Assembly (NCBI GenBank): GCA_002633005.1
Contig: NMRA01000019.1
Coordinates: 1,197,052-1,261,051, forward strand
DNA: 64,000 nucleotides
Source of the DNA: Phoronis australis
Lineage: Eukaryota; Animalia; Phoronida
Direction of reading: 5' to 3'
Position numbers and translations under genes: made by a program. Every line of letters starts with the position of its first letter. Within the stretch, counting starts at the first letter, position 1. Under the pieces are notes generated by a model. That model did no database searches and had not been told where the DNA came from. It was given only the letters and a program-made list of their open reading frames with translations. Below, one piece after another: positions 52,876 through 64,000 of the stretch.

Positions 52876-53095
52876 GGACATGAAGATGACGTCAACGATG
52901 ATGATAACAATGGTGACGATGACGATGACAATGATGGGAATGACGGTAGCAGAGGTGATGATGACGTTGTTAATAATCGTCACAGTGGTGACGGTAAAGA
53001 ATATGTTAATGGTGAACGTACGTTCATGTATAGTGTTATATGCAGCGTCTATGTTAACGATGGTGATGACTACATTGACGACGACAGTGATAGCG
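52876..53095. repeat. Degenerate (GAY/RAT)n trinucleotide low-complexity tract
   Basis: GATGACGATGACAATGAT-type periodicity. Confidence 0.7.
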
Positions 53096-53617
53096 TCTTT
53101 GGTGAGAAAGTACTATACTGTTGCGCTGCTAAAAGTCATGTTGAATTAGATTTGATAAACGTGCAAAGAATGTAGGACGCGTTTGGTCCTAATGTTATTA
53201 ATTAAATTTCAATACTTTCCAAGATGTATCTAAAACAACGGTTTGATTAGACATTCATGTCGGAACAGAAATTATTTTTGTTAGCACTGCTAAGGAAAAG
53301 AGAATTGAATGCTCTAAAACTGACATGTCTAAGTGCCTATTATCATGTAAACGGTGACGAAAATCATCATTTTTATTTCCGTGTTTGATAGTAAACGGTC
53401 CGTTGCGTTATTGCTAATTGTTTCGTAATGTCAAGTGATACTTTTGTTTTTCTCACAATTAAATATCTATTGAGCGTTGCGGCCACATGAATTTCGAGCC
53501 GTTTTGTTTGTTCATAAGTAAATACATTTAGTGCACGTTTGAAGTATGTCACATTTTTAGAGAAAAACGTTGTACTTCTCAATACGCAATTAATGCGTTA
53601 CAAATTTATTTCTGCAG

Positions 53618-56600
53618 GAGATGTCCTTTTCAAGTTTCGTCCTGGTCACCCTGAGACTAGAATCCGGTTTATAGAAGGAGATCTAGAATACCTGGGATTC
53701 AGTCCCAAAAACCTAACACTAAAGGCCTTACAACCCCTTCGCAGCCAGTTAGTAAGTACTGTGGGTGTTTGAAATGACGTTAGATGTCTTCAGTGCTTGC
53801 CTTGATTTGACAAAGCACATCCATTAGACACTCAAAGCCCAATAATAGAAATTGAGAAAGAAGGAGTAGAACTTTTTAAATTTCTTGGGACTCATTTCGA
53901 TGGCACTCTATTTTGGCAGTTTTTAACATTCGAAATTTGTATCAATCATTTTCATCAATAGCTTTTACCTTTACTGTCAGATGCCAAAGGTACCCTAGTT
54001 TCGCAGACCGGTAAAGAAAACCTACAAAAATAAAATTGGTGAAACGAATGGTTATAAAATTAAACATTGTATTTCGTATGATGCATAACCACTCGAGAAA
54101 GCAGGCATTTCTAAATTATGTTGACCAGATGGACATGTATTTATTATTGAACAACTTCCAATATTATTAGAAACAAGAGTAAAATTTGGTAGATAGACTG
54201 ACTTCATGCTATCCGATTCCTGGTTGGCCAAATTTGATATATTTTATCGATACACTGAAACACTTTTTTCCATACTTGGCGTAGCCGGATATCGCGAATG
54301 GTCTTCAGTGTCCAGTAAAGGGCTTGAGTGTAAAAAGTCTTGCCGCTCATTAGTATTTGAAGTTTCAGTATGACCTTGTTGCTCCGTTGAAAACACCACC
54401 AATGCTAATTTTCTGCCACCCGCCTCAATTGGCCAAGTAGTTAGTGAAAATACAATCACAACACCCGAGGCGAAATTTTAAGTGCCACTGTGTGACACAC
54501 AGTCAGTACGGTTACAAAACAAACGGCTTAGCAACGTGTTTTAAAATACAATGGGGGTACACGAAAAGCACACCATCTTCACTAGAACATCACGAGGGAT
54601 AGAGTAGATGAGGATGACGACCAATGTGTTGTATAGAGTGGCGTCACAGCGCTCAAGCCTGGCGTGCGTTCGGGTGTTCTCATTTAAAATACACGGCAAT
54701 ATCTCACGTAATCTCGCGAAGTCTTCCTTTTTAGCGAAGTCCTATTGCTACTGATTCATAAAAATTGTCTTGAGACTTAAGACACAAACTTTGTTTTACG
54801 CTCCCACTTATCGTTGTATAAAGTTTTAGCCAAGTAATTATGAGAGCATTACTGTACAGAAATAATTAACAGAAACTATCTCAGCAATTACCAGTTATCT
54901 GTATAATCTCAGTGGCATTTACTTTTACTGCTAGTGAGATACAGTTATTTTTCAGAAATAGATGTTAGGAGTGTACGGCCAAATTTATGACTTAAAACTT
55001 GAGCCACTTTTATGAAACGGACCCCTTGGTTACATCAAAATAAAACACCGGAGAACAACAATAGCGTCTGACTGTCAGACGTCATGTTTGCAGTCGTTGA
55101 ACAAAGCTTTTGTCGCCATGCAACAATTAGGTTAATCCAGATGATTAGCTTTTGTTGTTGTTTTTTTTGCAACCCAACTCAGCTCATATCGGCCAGGATT
55201 TTAGATACTTTAATGAAATATTCTATCAGCGGTCTTAAATCTCAATGCAGCACCATCTTTCAAAGCCATAGTTTGGCTTCATGTTTTGGGGTAGAGCCCT
55301 TTGTTTTGGTTCATTCCGTAGCGAGTTCCTGATTACACGTGACAGTACTATTAACCGAATGGAGAAAGTAGCGACTTCTGTTGTGTGGGATTTAAATCCC
55401 ATTTAATTATTGCGTAACAAGTTTCAGTGCCAGAGGTTTGGTGGGCAGTCGTTGCGTCCTTTCAATTTATTGACGGACCTAGATTATCACGAACAGAGTC
55501 GTCCCAACCATGCGCAGGACAGACATTGGCAATAAGTCTAATAGTACTGAAGTTTTTTGATGTTGTATGGAAGGAGGGTGGGTGGGCATCCTGCCTCCCT
55601 CTCAATGATCCGTCTATGATATCTGTTACGTTGCTAAGGTGACCACAACTCCAGTAATTTTGATTTTTATTGTTTTTGGAAATTAGCTGTGTTGTGTAAT
55701 TTATTTGTTTTAATTTCGGTTCCATGATATACACCACCACATCTAGTTGGTCTCGTTTTATGGAATTCATTCTCTTGATGCCGTGAATGCCGTCACGCTA
55801 CTATATTGCATGCAAATCAAGCTACGCATTTCAGCCAACCAGGGCGCTGGAAAATGTGAACCCTAAGATCGGCCTCCATCTTGGCCCACAAATATTCGTA
55901 GCCAACGGAAGCAGCGGATTCTATTGTCGCTTTCAGATCTAGCGATTACGGTGCGAAATGATTTCGGGATGTAAAAGCATGTGATAGACTTCACGATCAG
56001 CTGAATTTAAAGTACGAACGGGAATAAACGTCAGAGAATAAACCAATCCAAACTGAAAGTCGTGTAAATTCACTTTTCTAACGTGTCACAAATATTTTCT
56101 TTTCTTTAATAGCATCTGACGTGAAGTATGGTAACAATCAAATATTGCGGAACACACGTTAGTGACAGCAAAACGTGGCTTCTCCGACAAGACATCTATT
56201 TTTATCCCAATGCAGCAGATTTCAAGTGGACATCAACAAAATTTTACGCTGTCTAACCATTCGAGTGATGACTGCTTTTCCTAGTTCCCTGTTGTGCTCT
56301 GGAATAGCTTAGCACCGTACGTGTATTAGTCGTGTCACCGAACTTAAAGTGCAATGCAGCACCGAGTGGAAACCGTGGTACCGAGATGTTTAAATCAATC
56401 TTTCATCTGAATGAAGCTCAGTAGGATATATGTCGGCAACAGTTTCAGTGATATATTTCGTCGAGAACACATAGAAGAGAATTTGTTGTTGTACGTATGC
56501 AGGAAACTTCCGCCAAATTTGGTTTGCATTTGTTGGGAATTCGCAACGGTAACTATGCCATTAGTGGCGGGCGTGGCCTAACCGTGTTTGACGGAAATAG

Positions 56601-59600
56601 TGTTCAGCAATGCTGTTCACGTTATACCGAGCTAACAATCAAACCTTCAAGATTAAACACAAGTTTCATGAAACATGGGTTACAGGTATATGGCGCGGGC
56701 TAATCGCTACATTCCCCACACCCTAGCTGTTTATAGATGTAATGACTATTTTCGGAAGGAAGAATGAGACTCCAATGTGACGCGCATTTTCTACTTGAGA
56801 CCAATGTTCCTCAACACGGTCTCGTGTAGTCAAGTATTCGGAATTTATAGCAAGTCTTTTCTACACTAATCAATATGTAAATCAAATTCCAAGTTTTTAA
56901 TGTCCGGTATAAGACATTTTATCTGCTCTATTAAACTGTAGACTGTTATCAAGCACAGTACATCATTTGAAAATACGTAACAGTCCGTCTTACAGCACTA
57001 ATATATTTCTCTGTGTTACTACAATCAGTTCCAAACGCAGGCAATAGCTTAAAAAAGGAAGCAAACGATTCCGACGTAAACTTTACCAAAAATATGAATC
57101 ACCAGTTACTTTAAACAAATTTTAAAAGTTATCAGGTATTCACACGGCTTTCATATCTGCACATGCACCATTACTGAAGTGACGTAGGTGGCGTAGGCAA
57201 AACTGTTTTGTTTCTGAAGTCCATTTTATCGAGCGAACGGAATGACAGGCTCGAGATGATAACGGTTCGAGTTTTATTGTCACTGCTTATCTTTGGAATG
57301 TGAAATGAAACATAGATACCATCAACTGCATCAGTTACGTCAGTTCATTAACGGTGATAATTAATTAATGCTAGGAGAATGCGATCAAAATCAAAACTTT
57401 GCCACAGACAAGACCGAAAAAGTTCTGGTCTATTTTTGGGAAAATCAAGCCGGTGGCGCGATGTTGTTTTTTTCAATTGCTCACTTTCTCAAAAAGAAAA
57501 TCCACCTGAGACAAGAAAGACTAATGCGGGATTTGTTTTTTTTTTTCACTCAACACTTGGCAAATCATGCCGTTCCAAAGCTTGCGTACCTAGTGCTTAC
57601 GTGGCTTTGTACAGCTCCTCAAAAAATAAATAAAAAACAGATTTCATCTGAAACTGGTACGAGCGGGCGTTTTTTTTAGTCGGTGAGTGGCAGGTCTCAA
57701 AATGAGTCTGAGTAGAGGCAACCTTGTTTTAGACCTGACCGGTGATTCGCACTTTTAGAGAAAATAAGCCCAAAACGCTGGCTTTACCGGGATTCTGTGG
57801 AATTCACATAGACGTGTGCAGAAAGTCTATGTGTATTTTCAGCATAATGAAGGGGGATAAAATATCCCGTGGACGGAATAGATTATTTGATCCAACTAGT
57901 TCAACAATTTCACTTCAATAAAGGGGCAGCTGTGAACTCGTCCTTTGTATTTGTTGTCTTTACAAATGCAGACCTGGGTACTATCTCTAACTAAATACTA
58001 ATGGAAATGAGTTGGGATTAAAGTTAAAACTGATTTAGAAGGTGGCACTGCCAAAAAAGTGACGGTCATGTTCTTACACTTAATTATTTAACCCACTTCA
58101 CAAGCTGGCAAATATTTCAAACAGCTTATGAAAACAATCAGCAGCATCGAGTTACAGAATCCGCCTTGCTGTCGTATTTAATAAAGAGCTACTGTGTTGT
58201 AGGGCAGACGACTGTCACTCACGGGCACCTGTGAAGACTACATAAGCATTCTAGCCGTGAGTACCAAAATCCTTCAAAGGTCCACATCGTCAGAAACTGA
58301 ATTTTCCGTTCCAAGAATCTGGCCAGAATTCTTGTTGACTAGGTGAACAACTTTAGACGCGAAAATCATTTCAGATGTTTTGAATTATTTCGTCAAATTG
58401 TGATCTATTTTTTCTGACTTTTAAGTAAAAAGGAATGGTGAAAATTAGCAAGGGATACGCACGGCATTACCATTCCTAACGCTTTTTTTTGGTTGACGTA
58501 TCCGTCTTGACTAATACTGAGGCCAAAAATTTTAAGTGTTCACAACTTATTTCAGGTCACGTAGAATTATTTTCTTCACTACAATGGCCTTTCTCAGGCC
58601 CACCTTTAACAACAGTATGCGGTTGCAGTCATGCACCCATCGCGAATACTCAAAACCGTTTTGTGTAAGAAATTGGCTTTGTCGTATTATTAAATCCGAA
58701 ATTTGATTTCACCAACAGATTCTTTCTCATATTAAATTACACTCTTTGTTGCTGTAGATTTCTGTTTATCTGGATGTTCGTATCGAAGTGGAGATTGTTG
58801 ATCTTAACGACCCCCCGGTATTCCTCAACCTACCTGCTGTTGTTGATCTGGACGAGGTACGCTTCACAAATTGCTATCCCTTACAAAGTACGTAAATTGT
58901 CGACTTCTACGCACTATGGTCATCTCTGAAAAGCGCACTCAAAAGTCTTAGCTATATGTTTTTAACTGAACATAACCAATATTTATTGGCGCAGAGTTTA
59001 TTTTACGTAAACGCCGTTGTCAATTGTTCTCTAAAACTTTGCTTGGTAATAAATAAATTTAATATACTTGCGTGCGTTATTTAAAGAAAACTTCCCGCGA
59101 AGGCAAAGCTACATTTTAAATGGCTATAACCAATCCTCGCAAATGCCTTGAAAAACAAACGACTGTTTATCTCGCGAGGAGTGACATGGCGCTCTCCACA
59201 GAAGGAGTTAACTTAATTACATTTGCTTTGCAGACTACCTCCATTAAGACGACCTTATTCACTGTTCGCGCTGAAGACCCATTCGATGTTTACAAGAAAA
59301 ACAGGATACGTCATTTTTCCATTAAGGTAATTTATTTAACACAACTGAAGTGACATATAACCAGCGAAGACAAAGTTTAACTGTTGTTCTTATTTATGGC
59401 TCGCTCAAGTCGACCTTTCTCTGTTGACTGTTGTTCTGTGTTGTAGTTGATCAAAGGTAGACTACTTAGTATTTAACTGAAACATAGAACCTGCAAAGGC
59501 GTCCTCAGCTTCTGTTCTGATCGTTCCCAATACAGTGCATATATAATACTACAAGGTATGACATTCGGGACTAGAAATTCCACGGGTGCTTCACTTCAGC

Positions 59601-62600
59601 TGTCCTTATCAAACACAAAACTCAATAAATTTACACAAATGAGGGGTTCAACAAAGCATTACCAATGGCATTGCCATTGGCATGAGCAATTGTTCTTTCT
59701 TTTAATACCATTTACGGTGTCCTGCTCCAGTGATTTTGGAACAAATTTGCAGTGAACATACAAAAATCTTTCCAAGAACTTAGCCTTACCATTTTAACCG
59801 GCAATTGTCGTCCATACGTAACTCATCGGATAATTCCGTACTGTACTTAATGACCTTGAACTGACTTGTGTGGGATGAAGTAGTTAGGACGCACGGGCTT
59901 TTCGGGAAGATTTTTGTTCTTTGACCGCGAATTTGTTGCGAACTCGCTGGAGCAGGACCCGTAAATGGTATTAGTGAGAAAGAACAATTGCTAATGGTTT
60001 GTTGAACCCCTGATTGAGAGGAGACAGTGCGGCTCAGTGGTTTAAGCTCCGGACTCCCGTTTGAGAGACCTGGATTCAAATCCTGGCTTTAGTGGCAGAC
60101 AATCGAGCATTGCACAAAAATCCCCTACTCCTGTGAGCTCGGTCTTATTAGCTTGAATGAATGTATGCAAGGGAATGAATGAGAACCTCTTCGGAATATT
60201 TGACTTTGAGTGTGAAGTGTAAAGAAGAGAAAGAAAGAACAAAAGAAACATCAAAATCATGTTGTTGTGGCATGCACAGTGTTAAAAATGGCCAGTTGCT
60301 GACTTGGGCAACTGAACAACTGCTGGAAAAAAAGTTTTTTTGTGCAAGTATTTGTTTGATTTGGAAGGAATTAAAGACATCAATGGCCTCCTAAGGTTTT
60401 CCACTATGTGCAGATGGTGCTTAACAAGGTGACTTGAGTTTGATGTCTTTTGAGATCAGTGTCCCTCTTGAGAACCAGTTTCATCTACAGAATAACGCTT
60501 CAGTTATTCAGTGTATGATTGCCTAGTTCTGACAATGAAGCGTTATTCAGTGCATGATTGCCTAGCTCTGACATTGAGGAACTGCTACATCCGACAAGTG
60601 CTCTCTTTAAATTCTACGTCTGCTTCCCTGACCCTGCTGCACACATCAGTAAACTTCAGGTCATTCAGCGCAGGGCGACTTGTTGAGTGACTATAGACCT
60701 GGTCACCCACCACTGTCTAGCCTTCTTGGTGCAAATATTTGTATATATGTGCTAGCTACTTTTGTATAGCTGGCTCATTAACCATTGCCATACTGAAATT
60801 TTGTTTGCCATGAAGAATCGGCCAAATTTTCATTTATTGCAGCTAATTGGCATAGTTTTACAGTCTGAAAATAATTTTTAGTGTTTGTTGTTGTGCTCTC
60901 AAATATTCTGTTCGCTTTCAGAATGTTACCTGCATCGATTTAGATAACACTGACTCAGGAATATTTTCCATAACAGATGAAGGCCACTTCATCCTTGAAA
61001 AACCTATTGACTATGAGGAAGGCTCTAGAGGATTCTATGTCACCATTACAGTAGAGGTACACCTTATGTATTAATATGCCAGTAACATCTAGTCCCCAGA
61101 GAGCATTTAGTTTCTCCTATGTGGGTGTGGAAGGGGTCCTCTTTGTAAGAATTAAGGAATTCGCCAAGTTGCATAAAACATTTGGCATTGGTGATCACAC
61201 GCTCAGCACTGGCCATGGAGAGGGACAATGCCCAAGCTCTATCCAGAAAGGAACATTGGTTGTCTCAAAAAGTTAATGAAGCTGTCTTTATCAGGACCAG
61301 ACAGCCAACCATGAATGGAGACCAAGGTCTACAGCTCCCCTGGGGATATGACCACATTCTAGGTCTGGGTCAACAAAATGCCTGTAATCCATTTGGTGAG
61401 GGTGGAAACCTCCAAATCATCAACAAACTGGATCGCAGTAACTGAATTTCTACTGATTAGAACTGAAAAGTATAAAGGTATGGCATAACTGAATGGGAGG
61501 GAATTGTGAAACATATCTATGGGTTGTGTAACGAGTACAAATGTCTTGAGTTATCTGAGGATATGCCTCTGTAATTGCAAAAATATTTATGTGTTTGGAC
61601 TATATTGCATTTCTGCGTCAGTTTTGATTTTTCACATCTTAGAAGATGAATTATGATTTGGGATCAGTGTTTTGTAAAGTTGGTGAACTTTTCATCACCA
61701 TAGTACAGCTGTAGAACCAAACAGATTATGACTAAAGTTTTTGAAAAGCGACTAAAAATTGTGCTCTGGAAGCTATGCATGAATGTGCAACTTACGCAAT
61801 GTTCTCGCAGGGTGCGGCAAGCTTGGTAAGATACTCTAACTGTTTGTTTGTGTAGGACGAGGGTGAGCCACCTCTGTCCAATGTCAGTGTGCTCGTCATC
61901 AATGTGATTGATGTGGATGATGAAGGTCCTCTATTTGACCACAAGACGTACAGCACAGAAATCATTGCTGAGAAACCAATACAGGTACCCTGTAGGAAAT
62001 TCTTGAAGTGATAAAATCAAATTTCACTAGTTTATATTCCAGATTTAAGAATTTGATTGTAAATGACCATTTAGCAAGCCATTCTTAATTTTACCCTATA
62101 GTAGGGACCAAAGTTAGTTAATTTTGTTTGTTGCCGTCATGTACTTCATGTCCAATGAGTTCTTTTACTTTATTTTAAAATGTTTTGCGTATGGCTTTTA
62201 TAAGACTTTTAATCTAAGAAATCAGTTACATACAGCTGCAAACCTCGATGTAACTTTTGGATTGGTGTGGTGGGGATTACTTATGACAATTTAAAGATAA
62301 GATTGGTATGTGTTGTTTCCAGTGTGCTCTGTTATTTATTGCCTGTACTAACAGTCTTATATTGTGGGTTGTACAGAGAAAATACAGAATTCATCATTGT
62401 TGAAATGACTTGTGTTTTGAGGTAAATCTTCATTTATTTCATCTTACTGTATTTTATTTCTCATTTATAGGAGCCAGAGGAGTGTTTTGATACAACGCCA
62501 CCTATATTTGCCGCCGACCAAGATAAAGATAAAAAATCTGAAATTGAGTACAGGATTGTGGAAAGTACGAAGATTTTTCATTAAAAAATTATTTACTTAA

Positions 62601-63314
62601 TCATCAATGTCTTACTGTAGGGACACAGAGTTACTTTTAGGATAATATTTTTGTTTCACTCAGACCAACTGGTGCATTAAACTGTATCAACTGGGGCATT
62701 AAACTGGACCAACTAGTGCATTAAACTTGTGTCTTACTCATGCCTTATTTGATCTTCAACATTTTGCACAGAAACTACTGAGGTGACCCATAGGTCTTCC
62801 AAATAGACCCATAGATATGAGGCCCTCTGGGTCAATTGTCTCATATTCTTGTTTTCCTTAAGGGATTCTTGAGGATAGTGTTTACTTTTAGCAAGTAAGA
62901 TGATTCTGTTTAAAGTCCAATGCATTGCTAATTAAGTTAAGCCAAAGTTACAAACTTCAAAGTTGCAGAAGCCAGGTTAGTTGCGGTGAAGTATTCCGTT
63001 AAGTGAACGTCATTCAATCCACTTTATTAAGTGTATTTAGGAACCTTAACTGGGGTTCTACCTCAAAACATGAAGTATGGTATTGACTGGGGTTCTAACC
63101 CACAACATGAACCAAAACAATAGTTTTCAGTCAAAGGGACACTGCATGTCAACAGTTTTAAGATTGAACAATTTCTTCATTAGGTATTCCTGCTAGAGAT
63201 GTAATTAACTGGGACACTTTCTTCCGTTTGGATGACGACTCCGGACAGCTGTGTCTACGGCGGATGTTTGAGATGCCTAGTCATAGTCTGAGAAGGTTCG
63301 AGTTTCGAATTCAG
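53618..63314 (+). CDS. Non-classical cadherin, N-terminal ectodomain repeats (PCDH15/Cad99C/CDHR-like); 5' exon(s) unresolved, continues beyond the right edge
   Basis: Phase-consistent exons 53618-53751, 58203-58256, 58758-58856, 59234-59326, 60922-61056, 61856-61984, 62471-62564 and 63184-63314. Cadherin motifs: VEIVDLNDPPVF..VDLDE, LFTVRAEDP, LEKPIDYE, VEDEGEPPLS..INVIDVDDEGPLF, PPIFAADQD..IEYRI, FRLDDDSGQL. The first two exons are less certain than the rest. Confidence 0.9.
60022..60180 (+). mobile_element. tRNA-derived SINE-like element
   Basis: A-box-like GGCTCAGTGG (60031-60040) and B-box-like GGATTCAAATCC (60072-60083) at tRNA-like spacing, followed by a non-tRNA body and a (TGAA)n-like tail. 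Confidence 0.5.
61110..61362 (+). mobile_element. Penelope-like retroelement 3' fragment (GIY-YIG endonuclease), frameshifted
   Basis: YVGVEGVLFVRIKEF..GIGDHTLSTGH, then in another frame DNAQALSRKEHWLSQKVNEAVFIRTRQPTMNGDQGLQLPWGYDHIL. This matches the PLE endonuclease C-terminal pattern YVGxTxRxLxxRxxEH..HxxxxGH..EAIxI..PxLNxDxG. Confidence 0.75.
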
Positions 63315-64000
63315 GTATACATCGATGCAAGATTAGAAAACTACGATATCCCGAAGTTTTTATCAAAATGTCTAATGGTTTTACTTAAGTTAAGAAAAAT
63401 ACCTATTTCAAAATGAACATGCTACTTTCTATTAGCAACTAATCCTTAAAGTGGCAATCAACTGGTGTCTTCTGTCAACAATCAGCTTTTGAATTTGGTC
63501 ACTTGCTATAATTGTTATATAATTGGTCTCATGTTGTTCCATGATTTGATTGGAAGTATTGTAGGCTTGGAAAGAACTGACTGGTTGTAATTTGCTTCAG
63601 ACCACTTGTTGTAGTCGTCATGGTAATATGGCCATCTAGAGATTTCCAGACCATTTGTTGTAACAAATTTTGATTCAAATTTAGCATAAGCTTGTGGTGG
63701 CATATCTGTTGAAAGAAGTTTATGGTGTAAAGTTTGGGAACAGTTTAAGTATTACGATAAAGTTTCTTCAAAGTAGTAAAATTCTATATTATAAAAATTT
63801 TCAACAAGAGTAAACAATAATAATTTTACTTGATTATTTGAAAAGTTCATATAGCACACGTTCTGATGTGGTCAACAAACTCATGATGAAATTTTGAAAT
63901 TTTTGGCAAGCAGTCAGTGCCTGAAAATGGAAGTAATTCACAATGTTGGCCATTATTTTAGTTTGACATTTTGGGCTTTGAGTGGTAACTAGTCTGCATA

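Noticed and set aside
52586-53174. Met/Thr-rich 187-aa ORF, and an Asp-rich alternative frame resembling acidic biomineral proteins
   Set aside because: Both follow from a degenerate (GAT)n tract. The Asp-rich frame is preceded by TAA TAA, with no start, signal peptide or good acceptor.
55428-55535. Segment reading ..LLTDLDYHEQ.., similar to the cadherin LDYE motif
   Set aside because: The frame closes at TAA with no usable donor, and the flanking exons join in phase without it.
60022-60095. Possible tRNA gene
   Set aside because: A and B boxes are present, but there is no convincing acceptor stem or cloverleaf; treated as a SINE head.

Overview
AT-rich, intron-containing animal genomic DNA, probably an invertebrate; the taxon cannot be fixed from the sequence. 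There is one 662-N gap (3710-4371). No operon, CRISPR array, rRNA or true tRNA gene is present. By following GT-AG splice sites and codon phase by hand I reconstructed five genes: (1) a GH29 alpha-L-fucosidase (minus strand, 7 exons, running off the left edge); (2) a complete OSTM1 (plus strand, 6 coding exons, 309 aa), head-to-head with the fucosidase across a promoter with two tandem TCATGTGAC MiT/TFE boxes; (3) an uncharacterised 226-aa single-coding-exon gene (plus); (4) a large EFCAB6-like multi-EF-hand gene (minus, about 21 coding exons), tail-to-tail with gene 3; (5) the N-terminal ectodomain exons of a non-classical cadherin with PCDH15/Cad99C-like motifs (plus, running off the right edge). 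Between genes 2 and 3 lies a decayed gene for an 11-aa tandem-repeat protein, split by a 2.1-kb insertion. Introns hold a Helentron-associated HINE, a degenerate THAP domain, a Penelope-like GIY-YIG fragment, several MITE families, two SINE-like heads and minisatellites. I see no clear evidence for a wholly new biological system. The best leads are regulatory or structural: the bidirectional lysosomal gene pair, a triplicated hairpin-bearing splice acceptor in the OSTM1 5' UTR, inverted MITEs bracketing nine EF-hand exons, and the orphan repeat-protein relic.
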